Of a stretch of 32,000 bases of DNA, positions 1 to 7,063 are shown piece by piece (within the stretch, counting starts at the first letter, position 1; every line of letters begins with the position of its first letter). Made by a program: the position numbers and the translations under genes. The notes beneath the pieces are model-generated. The model was not told where the DNA came from and ran no database searches. It worked only from the letters and a program-made list of their open reading frames with translations. Source of the stretch: Coprobacillaceae bacterium (lineage in GTDB: Bacteria; Bacillota_I; Bacilli_A; Erysipelotrichales; Coprobacillaceae). Location of the stretch: the NCBI GenBank assembly GCA_963675515.1, contig OY776328.1, positions 600,001 through 632,000 on the forward strand, written 5' to 3'.

Positions 1-2
1 TC

Positions 3-71
3 GAGATCAAGCTCGTGCCTAAAGGAACGGTGATAACCAACACCGCTGCCTCATTCAAAAAAGCTACTTAA
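3..71 (+). CDS. 3' end of an unidentified upstream CDS (partial)
   Basis: Frame 3 is the only frame open from the window edge (...EIKLVPKGTVITNTAASFKKAT) to TAA at 69-71. A terminator follows immediately. 22 aa is too little to name. Confidence 0.35.
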   Translation, partial: EIKLVPKGTVITNTAASFKKAT

Positions 72-95
72 GACGTCCTTCGGGATGTCTTTTTG
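70..95 (+). terminator. Rho-independent terminator
   Basis: Stem AGACGTCC (71-78) / GGATGTCT (83-90) with one G-U pair, TTCG loop, then TTTT. Confidence 0.7.
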
Positions 96-186
96 TCATC
101 TGTTTGGGAAAATTCACATATTATATTGATAATTCCACGACTATTTAATGGATAATAGATAGTATATACTTACGAGGAGAAATCTT

Positions 187-846
187 ATGGAGAATAAAGG
201 CTTAAGCGTATTTGTGATTTTCATAGTCTCCCTGGCAAGTGTCTTTTTGAGTTCCAATCTGTTTTCTTCATTCGAACTCGACGCCCAATATGAATTTCAG
301 GGGCGGGTAGTTGCCATCACAAATGATGGGGTTGAAATCGAGACGGACGGCACGACCCAGGAAGTATCGCTGTCGGATGGCCAAAAGGGGCAACTTTATG
401 TCTTGGAAACCGTGGCCATAAGCGAAGGCGAAGTGTTCCAGGTGGACGACAGTTCGGTCGGTTATTATGAGAACATGCAAATAGTCACAAGTGAAGGTGT
501 GGTTCAAAACGTCGACAGTGAAGGTGTGACCATCAATGATACGACATATTCTTGCGACGATAACACAATCGATTGTGCGCCGGGGGATAATGTCTATTTC
601 GAATTTTATGAAGACAATGACGGGGTAGAAACAATCATCAACATGTACGAACAGGAAAAATTATTCGATCTTCGGGTGGAGACCATCAGCCGCAACAGTG
701 ATGGTTGCATGGTGTTGAACAATGAATATGTGATCGATGCCTCCACCGATCTGAACATCGATATCATGACAATTGCGGTTATGGATAATTGCCAGATCAG
801 CGTTGATGAGAAAAATAATATTGACATTCTAAGATATGTTGCATAG
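187..846 (+). CDS. Hypothetical secreted/anchored acidic protein with prepilin-like N-terminus (no Glu+5)
   Basis: AGGAG lies 7 nt upstream of the ATG. The N-terminus MENKG|LSVFVIFIVSLASVFLSS is a short polar leader ending in Gly followed by about 20 hydrophobic residues. The rest is acidic with 4 Cys and loose internal repeats (GRVVAITNDGVEIETDG / EGVVQNVDSEGVTINDT / RVETISRNSDGCMVLNN). Terminators flank it on both sides. Confidence 0.7.
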   Translation: MENKGLSVFVIFIVSLASVFLSSNLFSSFELDAQYEFQGRVVAITNDGVEIETDGTTQEVSLSDGQKGQLYVLETVAISEGEVFQVDDSSVGYYENMQIVTSEGVVQNVDSEGVTINDTTYSCDDNTIDCAPGDNVYFEFYEDNDGVETIINMYEQEKLFDLRVETISRNSDGCMVLNNEYVIDASTDLNIDIMTIAVMDNCQISVDEKNNIDILRYVA

Positions 847-847
847 T

Positions 848-869
848 AAAGCCGGTTTCCCGGCTTTTT
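848..869 (+). terminator. Rho-independent terminator
   Basis: AAAGCCGG (848-855), TTTC loop, CCGGCTTT (860-867), then a T-rich tail. It starts 2 nt after the stop codon. Confidence 0.8.
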
Positions 870-902
870 ATTATAGAAAAAGCACCGTAATACACACTAG
901 TA

Positions 903-931
903 TTGATTTTGTTCGATAAAATCGTTATAAT
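903..931 (+). promoter_or_regulatory. Sigma-A type promoter for the three-gene pilin-like operon
   Basis: TTGATT (903-908), 17-nt spacer, TATAAT (926-931). Confidence 0.6.
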
Positions 932-971
932 TGAGTTATGAATATTAATGTTTATTAGGGGAGTTGTGATT

Positions 972-1406
972 ATGAATAATAAAGGTTTCGGGCTGGTCTC
1001 GGTTTTGGCAATTTTTCTAGTATTGACAGTATTGATTGTTTCATTGATGACCTTGTCCAAGGTGCAGTCGCTGCAAGTAGTAAACCAAACGGTCGAGGAC
1101 CAATTGGAATTGACGGCAAAGAATGCAATCGACATGGTATCAACGGCCATAATCAATACCGAAACCGAAGGCGATGATGTCGCCCTGGCAAACATGGTTC
1201 CAGCAACAATTGATCAAAGTTACAATCTGGATATTGACCTTGGCGATGAGAGTCAGGGAACAATCTCCGATGCGAAAATCACCAGGACGGTCAAAAACGT
1301 CGCCATCATTTCCCTTACAGTATCGAAAGGGAATATCGACTATGACCTTAAGGGTGTGATGATCCGGGCAAATTTCAGATGGGAGTTTCAAAACTATGCT
1401 AAATGA
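972..1406 (+). CDS. Minor pseudopilin-like protein (ComGG/PilX-like layout, no Glu+5)
   Basis: A GGGGAG SD lies about 7 nt upstream of the ATG at 972. The ORF-track start at 948 has no SD. N-terminus is MNNKG|FGLVSVLAIFLVLTVLIVSLMTL. Length is 144 aa. Confidence 0.7.
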   Translation: MNNKGFGLVSVLAIFLVLTVLIVSLMTLSKVQSLQVVNQTVEDQLELTAKNAIDMVSTAIINTETEGDDVALANMVPATIDQSYNLDIDLGDESQGTISDAKITRTVKNVAIISLTVSKGNIDYDLKGVMIRANFRWEFQNYAK

Positions 1407-1716
1407 AAAAGGAATGACATTAGTTGAGGTTATTGTGTCGATGATCATACTTTCGATTATCATGCTTGGTGTGACAACTGCCTATCTTGCGTCATTGAAG
1501 CAGGATCTTGCGACAGCCAACTACCAAAGCATCGCTGACGATCTCAAGGTGCAGCTTGACAAAATGGATTTGAGCGGCGAAGCCGCCAATATTTCGGTAA
1601 CTATCGACTTCAATGACGGTGCCAAAATTGTTCAATTGAATGATGTGGTCCGCAAAGAGGTTTCGGATTCATCCGAGCCGACTATTTCGTTTGTGCGCTA
1701 CTATGCGCTTGACTGA
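1396..1716 (+). CDS. Prepilin-type N-terminal cleavage/methylation domain protein (minor pseudopilin, ComGD/GE-like size)
   Basis: MLNEKG|MTLVEVIVSMIILSIIMLG matches the class III signal G|(F/M)TL(V/I)E with Glu at +5. It overlaps the preceding CDS by 11 nt. GGGAG lies upstream. Confidence 0.8.
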   Translation: MLNEKGMTLVEVIVSMIILSIIMLGVTTAYLASLKQDLATANYQSIADDLKVQLDKMDLSGEAANISVTIDFNDGAKIVQLNDVVRKEVSDSSEPTISFVRYYALD

Positions 1717-1739
1717 CAAACCAAGAAGGTGGGATTGAT

Positions 1740-3362
1740 ATGAACAACCAAGGTTTTACATTAGTGGAAATTGTGATTACTTTGGCAATCGGTGCGATTG
1801 TGTCCATTGCCATAGGAAAATCGTTTTTTGATTATTTCAAGTCATATGGTCAGATGTCGACAACCCAGATCCAGACGATGGCTTTGAATGGCGTAAATGA
1901 AATCGTCAACAACCAGGTAGAAGATGCCATGACGGTTGCTATTCAACCCGGCAACTACGTCCTTCAGGATGGGGAATATGGCATTTATGCCAATGATGAT
2001 GGTGATCTGATGCTTTGCGACAAGAGCGGTGACATCATGACCATGTTCACCAGCCAGACAGGATCAATCAATATCCTGAACCTCTTTGTGGAAAAGGACA
2101 CCGACCTTAATCAGCTGAGGTTCAAGTACGTCTATACTGACGGTTCAAGCGAGATATTATCGCGTACGCTGACGACCCAGTTGTTCAATGCCGATGAGGT
2201 CAAATATCTAGGTAACAACTACAACGGTGATTCCAATACGTTCTTGCTTGAAAATGACAACGCCGCCAACATCCTGGTATTCACCGAGGCTTCGCTGACC
2301 TCGAACAAACCGGAAGACCCTACCGCCGAAGAGTATTATGCGATATTGTCATATTATCTTGGAGACCCTTCGTTCACCCCTGAAGACCCCCAAACGTATT
2401 TTTATGGGATGGTGTACTGGGATGGGGAAAAATATCAGGTTTTCAACAATACTTCAGTAATACAATATGGTGGAAAAGAAATCGATCTTAAAGATGTCCC
2501 AAGCTATGGCAGCCTGTTTGATGAAGCTACATATGAAAATGAGAAATATAGTGACTTTTACAATAGCTTCAAGAAAAACGGTCAGATAAATCTTAAAGGT
2601 GGTGTTGTTGTATTCTATGACGGCAAGTACTGGGTACGCCAACGTGCGCCAGAGGGAAATAATAGAGATGAGCAAGACAAGTCTTTTGCAGGACTGACGG
2701 GTGGAACTTATAGGTTGCTGGAAGATTTGAAAACTACAAAACTCTCTTCAGAACAGAAGTACCACATTGAATTGAAGTACTATGACTCTTCCGCTTCCTA
2801 CAATGCGGGGGATATCGTCTACAAAGATGGAGCGCTCTATCAAGTCACATACCATGCAAATGATGACGATAGTATAAGTATAAAATTTAATATACTTGAC
2901 TCACTATATGACGAGACCAAGTATCCGAATCTAATTGTCAAACTGGATGTAATTACCAAAGTGGAAATCGCGGTTTTTGATGAGACACTTCCTTACTATC
3001 TCAACAAGTATGTGATTGTAAGCTACGGGGAAACCGACCAGAAGGAAATATACAAAAAAGTCCTCGACAATACCAGTGTGACTGATCCAAGGGACACTAC
3101 CCAACGGTACAACGGTGGCTGGCAATTGCAGTCGAATCAGTATGATCCTTATTCATGTTATGTTGCCGGCAATCAGGTATTGGTTTTCGGTGATCAAAAT
3201 GATGAAATATATGTGATTACCTTCGGGGCGGAATATGTTGAAAGTGCGGCGGCTAGGATTGCCTTGGACGCGGATATTGCGACATGTTACAAAGATAACG
3301 CGGATTCAGCATCTAATAGCACGTATCATTATTCTATTGACAAATATGATTTCAACGATTAG
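1740..3362 (+). CDS. Large (540 aa) modular prepilin-type protein with a Tyr-rich C-terminal repeat module
   Basis: An AAGGTGGG SD precedes the ATG. MNNQG|FTLVEIVITLAIGAIVSIAIG is a textbook prepilin motif. A Pro/Glu linker spans about nt 2298-2399. The C-terminal roughly 320 aa carry four degenerate Y-x2-G-x2-V-x3-G-x2-[YW]-x-V repeats. Confidence 0.85.
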   Translation: MNNQGFTLVEIVITLAIGAIVSIAIGKSFFDYFKSYGQMSTTQIQTMALNGVNEIVNNQVEDAMTVAIQPGNYVLQDGEYGIYANDDGDLMLCDKSGDIMTMFTSQTGSINILNLFVEKDTDLNQLRFKYVYTDGSSEILSRTLTTQLFNADEVKYLGNNYNGDSNTFLLENDNAANILVFTEASLTSNKPEDPTAEEYYAILSYYLGDPSFTPEDPQTYFYGMVYWDGEKYQVFNNTSVIQYGGKEIDLKDVPSYGSLFDEATYENEKYSDFYNSFKKNGQINLKGGVVVFYDGKYWVRQRAPEGNNRDEQDKSFAGLTGGTYRLLEDLKTTKLSSEQKYHIELKYYDSSASYNAGDIVYKDGALYQVTYHANDDDSISIKFNILDSLYDETKYPNLIVKLDVITKVEIAVFDETLPYYLNKYVIVSYGETDQKEIYKKVLDNTSVTDPRDTTQRYNGGWQLQSNQYDPYSCYVAGNQVLVFGDQNDEIYVITFGAEYVESAAARIALDADIATCYKDNADSASNSTYHYSIDKYDFND

Positions 3363-3377
3363 GTAAGGTGAAATAAG

Positions 3378-4214
3378 TTGGTGGCTTTAAACGACAATTG
3401 GAAAGATTTGTATGTTGATGTTGATTTGTACCACGGCCTGATGACCAAGATCACCAGGGACAACGAAAAGTGCTGTCATCTGGCCTTGGCCAATGTGGAA
3501 ATCTGCTGTGGCAGTTACACCGATGCATTGCAGGCGGCAAAGGGCGGTGCCAGGCGGATTGAGCTGAACACATCCTTGGAGCAAGGTGGGCTGACTGCCA
3601 GCCCCTCGGTGGTGAGGCTGATCAAAGCCAATCTTGATTTGACTATCAATGCTATGGTCCGTTGCCGGGCTGGGGGCTTCCATTACAGTGACGATGATTT
3701 CCTGGTGATGAAAAGCCAGGCGCTCGAACTGATGGAGGCTGGTGCCGACGGAATAGTGTTCGGGTTTCTGGACCGCCATCGCAAGGTCGACTACCTGCGG
3801 GTTCAGGAGTTCGTCCACCTGATCCATTCCTACAACAAGAAGGCTATTTTCCACCGGGCTTTCGATGTGTGTGCCGACCCGCTCGAAGCGATGGCGGTGT
3901 TGATTGAACTTGGGGTTGATGTCCTTTTGACATCGGGCAAGAAGCAAACGGCACTCGAAGGCAAGGATTTGATAAGATATCTGGTTGGCCAATACGGCAA
4001 GCAGATTGAAATTGTCGCCGGAAGTGGAATAACCCATGAAAATGCCAAGGAACTGGTCTGCTACACCCAGGTAAAGAGCATCCATTCTTCCTGCAAGAAG
4101 TTTGTGAAGGATGCGACTGCCACATACCAGGGTGTCAGTTTCGAAACCGAGCGCCATGGACAGCAGGCTGTCAGTGGCCAAAAAGTTAAATTGTTGCTAG
4201 AGGAAGTGGTCTGA
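3378..4214 (+). CDS. cutC: CutC-family copper homeostasis protein
   Basis: NVEICCGSYTDALQAAKGGARRIELNTSLEQGGLTASPSVV matches the CutC N-terminal signature (E.C......A...GA.RIEL...L..GGLTPS). The TTG start at 3378 has an AAGGTGA SD 6 nt upstream. An alternative ATG sits at 3441. Confidence 0.8.
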   Translation: MVALNDNWKDLYVDVDLYHGLMTKITRDNEKCCHLALANVEICCGSYTDALQAAKGGARRIELNTSLEQGGLTASPSVVRLIKANLDLTINAMVRCRAGGFHYSDDDFLVMKSQALELMEAGADGIVFGFLDRHRKVDYLRVQEFVHLIHSYNKKAIFHRAFDVCADPLEAMAVLIELGVDVLLTSGKKQTALEGKDLIRYLVGQYGKQIEIVAGSGITHENAKELVCYTQVKSIHSSCKKFVKDATATYQGVSFETERHGQQAVSGQKVKLLLEEVV

Positions 4215-4228
4215 CCACTTCCTTTGTT
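4201..4228 (+). terminator. Rho-independent terminator of cutC
   Basis: Perfect 10-bp stem AGGAAGTGGT (4201-4210) / ACCACTTCCT (4214-4223) with a CTG loop, then TTGTTT. The stem includes the TGA stop. Confidence 0.8.
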
Positions 4229-4280
4229 TATATTATGATTCCATATAGTCATCAATGTGATAATAAATTTACAATATAGA

Positions 4281-4309
4281 TTGACTGGATGAATTTTAAG
4301 AACTAAGAT
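4281..4309 (+). promoter_or_regulatory. Candidate cysK promoter
   Basis: TTGACT (4281-4286), 17 nt, TAAGAT (4304-4309), about 20 nt upstream of the cysK ATG. Confidence 0.5.
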
Positions 4310-4329
4310 TTTACCAAGGAGGGATTATT

Positions 4330-5262
4330 ATGATCTATCAGAATATCAGAGAAATGATCGGCAACACCCCTATTTTGCGGGCGAACAATATTGAAAAGCT
4401 GTATGGGACCAAGGCGAAGATCCTGGTCAAGCTGGAGGGTTTCAATCCCGCGGGATCGATCAAGGATAGGACCGGGTTGAATATGATTCTTGATGCCCAG
4501 GCGTCAGGCAAGCTTAAACCAGGCGGGACAATCATCGAACCGACAAGCGGCAATACCGGGATCGCTCTTGCGGCGGTGGCTATATCTTTGGGTTACAAGG
4601 TCATCCTGACGATGCCTGAAACGATGTCGGTGGAAAGACGGAACATGCTCAAAGCCTACGGTGCCAGGCTGGTATTGACTCCGGGAAGCGAAGGGATGAG
4701 GGGTGCCATAAACAAGGCGAATGAACTGGTCAAGGAAATCCCAAACAGCTTCGTGCCCGGCCAGTTTGAAAATCCGGCTAACCCTCAGGTTCATTATGAA
4801 CATACCGGACCGGAAATATATGAACAGACTGGAGGCGAAGTAGACATATTTGTGGCTGGAGTAGGTACCGGTGGGACAATTTCGGGTGCCGGAAAGTATC
4901 TCAAGGAAATGAAACCTGAAATCAGGGTAGTTGCCGTCGAACCTCAGGATTCTCCAGTGCTTTCTAAAAAACGGGCGGGGGCTCACAAAATACAGGGAAT
5001 CGGAGCCGGATTTGTGCCCAACACCCTTGATGTGCATATCTATGACCAGGTTATTCCAGTGTCCAACGATGACGCTTTTGAATATTCGCGCCAGTTTGCC
5101 AAAGCGGAGGGGATCTTTGTGGGTATCTCGGCAGGGGCTGCATTGAAGGGCGCCATTGATCTGGCCTGTCTGGAAGAAAACAAAGGCAAGACAATCGTTG
5201 TCATCGCTCCTGATGGTGGCGACCGTTACTTTTCTACCCCTTTGTTTGAAAATAACGATTAG
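4330..5262 (+). CDS. cysK: Cysteine synthase A (O-acetylserine sulfhydrylase)
   Basis: An AGGAGGG SD is present. Motifs NPAGSIKDR (PLP lysine), PTSGNTGIALA and GVGTGGTISG are present. Length of 310 aa is typical. Confidence 0.93.
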   Translation: MIYQNIREMIGNTPILRANNIEKLYGTKAKILVKLEGFNPAGSIKDRTGLNMILDAQASGKLKPGGTIIEPTSGNTGIALAAVAISLGYKVILTMPETMSVERRNMLKAYGARLVLTPGSEGMRGAINKANELVKEIPNSFVPGQFENPANPQVHYEHTGPEIYEQTGGEVDIFVAGVGTGGTISGAGKYLKEMKPEIRVVAVEPQDSPVLSKKRAGAHKIQGIGAGFVPNTLDVHIYDQVIPVSNDDAFEYSRQFAKAEGIFVGISAGAALKGAIDLACLEENKGKTIVVIAPDGGDRYFSTPLFENND

Positions 5263-5327
5263 TAGTTAATTACTCATTCTATTTTGATTGCTTCCGTGGT
5301 AAAATGAAATAAAAAGAGGTGGTAAAA

Positions 5328-5876
5328 ATGAATGGGTTTATTTTTTACAAATCAGATAATTTCGCTATTTTCTACGATGCCACTAAAGATGTTTTTGCCT
5401 CAAGGTATTTCCATCAAAAAAAGGACTACTATGAATGGATGATTGTAATCTTTTCCGTATTCTTTGTCCTGCTGGCGCTCAACTTCCATGAGTTTTACTA
5501 TCCGTTGGCAAACAGGCCTAGGGATATAGGTCTTGTTGTCGTCACGTTCGCAGCTGCAATCGTTTTGACGAAGCTTGGTCAGAATTTCACGAACAAGGAA
5601 GAAACTGTGGAAAGTGAATACCGCCAGATATCAAAGCAGGATGCCTTGAATTATTACCAGGATGCCAAGAATCAGTTCAATTTCCAAGCCCGGACCGTCA
5701 TTTTGCACGTGCTTGCATTGTTTTTCCTGGTTGTAATGTTTGTGGTATTCAAGAACATCACTTTTTTGGCAGGATGCCTGGGATTATATTACAATCTTGA
5801 CTGCCTCATGAAGGCCAACAGACCGATTGACAAGTATCTCTTTTTCAAAAAATACAGTGCCCAGAATGCCAGTTAG
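5328..5876 (+). CDS. Hypothetical integral membrane protein
   Basis: I prefer the ATG at 5328, which has AAGAGGTGG 5 nt upstream, over the GTG at 5319. Several hydrophobic segments are present (WMIVIFSVFFVLLALNF, IGLVVVTFAAAIVL, VILHVLALFFLVVMFVVF). I recognise no family. Confidence 0.6.
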   Translation: MNGFIFYKSDNFAIFYDATKDVFASRYFHQKKDYYEWMIVIFSVFFVLLALNFHEFYYPLANRPRDIGLVVVTFAAAIVLTKLGQNFTNKEETVESEYRQISKQDALNYYQDAKNQFNFQARTVILHVLALFFLVVMFVVFKNITFLAGCLGLYYNLDCLMKANRPIDKYLFFKKYSAQNAS

Positions 5877-5888
5877 GGGGAGGAAACA

Positions 5889-7049
5889 ATGGAGTTCAAG
5901 ATGAAAGACCGCAGGAATACCGATTGTGTAAAATGGGACTTTGCCCGTGAAGATGAGATCCCGATGTGGGTGGCCGATATGGATTTTGAGATTCCAGAAG
6001 CGGTCAAAAAAGCCTTGATTGATAGAGTTGAACACGGCATATTTGGCTACACTTTTGAATCGGACCGCTACTATTTCAGTGTGATTGAATACTTCATCGC
6101 CAATCATGACCTTACAATCCACAAAGACCTGATCGTAACAACGCCTGGGGTCATCGCGGCCATCAAGATCGCAATCCAGGCATTCACCAGGGCTGATGAA
6201 AGCATAATAATTCTTGAACCGTGCTATCATCCATTCAAGAAGTCAATCACCCAAGCCGGTCGCAAGGCGGTCGTGTCGCAGTTGCAACTTATAGACGACG
6301 AGTACTTCGTGGATTTTGCGGATTTCGAGGCCAAAATCAAAGAGAACAAAGTGAAAATGTTCATTATGTCAAATCCCCATAACCCGATAATGAAAGTGTT
6401 CACCAGAGAAGAATTGCAGACCCTTGGCGACATCTGTTACAAGTATGGTGTGATTATGCTTAGCGATGAAGTCCACTGCGATTTCGTGTTCAATGATGCC
6501 AAACACATTCCCATCTTCAATGTCGACCAGAAATTTTCGGAAATAGCGGTGTTGATGAGCGCCCCATCCAAAACGTTCAACCTGGCCGGTCTGCAAGGTT
6601 CTAATATATTCTTCCGGAACGAAAAGCTCAAAGATAAGTTCCAGGCTGCCCGTGACATGCTTGGCAACTCGGGATTGAATACGATGGCAATCGAAGCGAC
6701 TATTGCAGCCTACAATGAGGGACAGGAGTGGCTTGAAAATATCAAGGGAATGATCAAATCCAATTTCGACTTTCTTGATGGATATTTGAAAAGCGAGATT
6801 CCCAAGATCAGACTGCTCAAGCATGAGGCGACATATCTTGCCTGGATTGACTGTCGCGCTTTGAATCTCAAGAAATATGAACTTGAGAAGCTGATCCGCA
6901 ATGAAAGCAAGGTCTGGGCCAACCAGGGTTACATCTTTGGAGAAGGCGGAACTGGCTTCCTGCGGCTCAATCTTGCCTGCCACCAGGATACATTGAAGAT
7001 TGCGCTGGAAAGAATCAAGGAAAATATCGACAAATTAAAAGAAGCCTAA
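5889..7049 (+). CDS. patB: MalY/PatB-type PLP-dependent C-S lyase (cystathionine beta-lyase family aminotransferase)
   Basis: A GGGGGAGG SD is present. The N-terminus RRNTDCVKWD...PMWVADMDF is characteristic of MalY/PatB. MSNPHNP and SAPSKTFNLAG (PLP lysine) are also present. Confidence 0.8.
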   Translation: MEFKMKDRRNTDCVKWDFAREDEIPMWVADMDFEIPEAVKKALIDRVEHGIFGYTFESDRYYFSVIEYFIANHDLTIHKDLIVTTPGVIAAIKIAIQAFTRADESIIILEPCYHPFKKSITQAGRKAVVSQLQLIDDEYFVDFADFEAKIKENKVKMFIMSNPHNPIMKVFTREELQTLGDICYKYGVIMLSDEVHCDFVFNDAKHIPIFNVDQKFSEIAVLMSAPSKTFNLAGLQGSNIFFRNEKLKDKFQAARDMLGNSGLNTMAIEATIAAYNEGQEWLENIKGMIKSNFDFLDGYLKSEIPKIRLLKHEATYLAWIDCRALNLKKYELEKLIRNESKVWANQGYIFGEGGTGFLRLNLACHQDTLKIALERIKENIDKLKEA

Positions 7050-7058
7050 GGCTTCTTT
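7038..7058. terminator. Bidirectional terminator between convergent patB-like and MATE genes
   Basis: AAAGAAGCC (7038-7046), TAA loop (the patB stop), GGCTTCTTT (7050-7058). T-runs follow on both strands. Confidence 0.7.
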
Positions 7059-7063
7059 TTGCG

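Noticed and set aside
938-958. 6-codon uORF (ATG AAT ATT AAT GTT TAT TAG) in the pilin-operon leader
   Set aside because: It has no SD and sits in an AT-rich sequence where such mini-ORFs arise by chance.
948-971. Longer N-termini proposed by the ORF track (948, 5319, 9346, 15050, 16516, 16994, 24801, 28116, 28685, 29901, 31817)
   Set aside because: In each case an internal ATG preceded by a good Shine-Dalgarno sequence gives the canonical family N-terminus. The longer form would overlap the upstream gene or lack an SD.
3387-4181. 264-aa ORF on the minus strand
   Set aside because: It is exactly antisense to cutC, whose product has clear family motifs. The antisense product has no recognisable features and no SD. 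It is an expected shadow ORF in a roughly 60% GC stretch.
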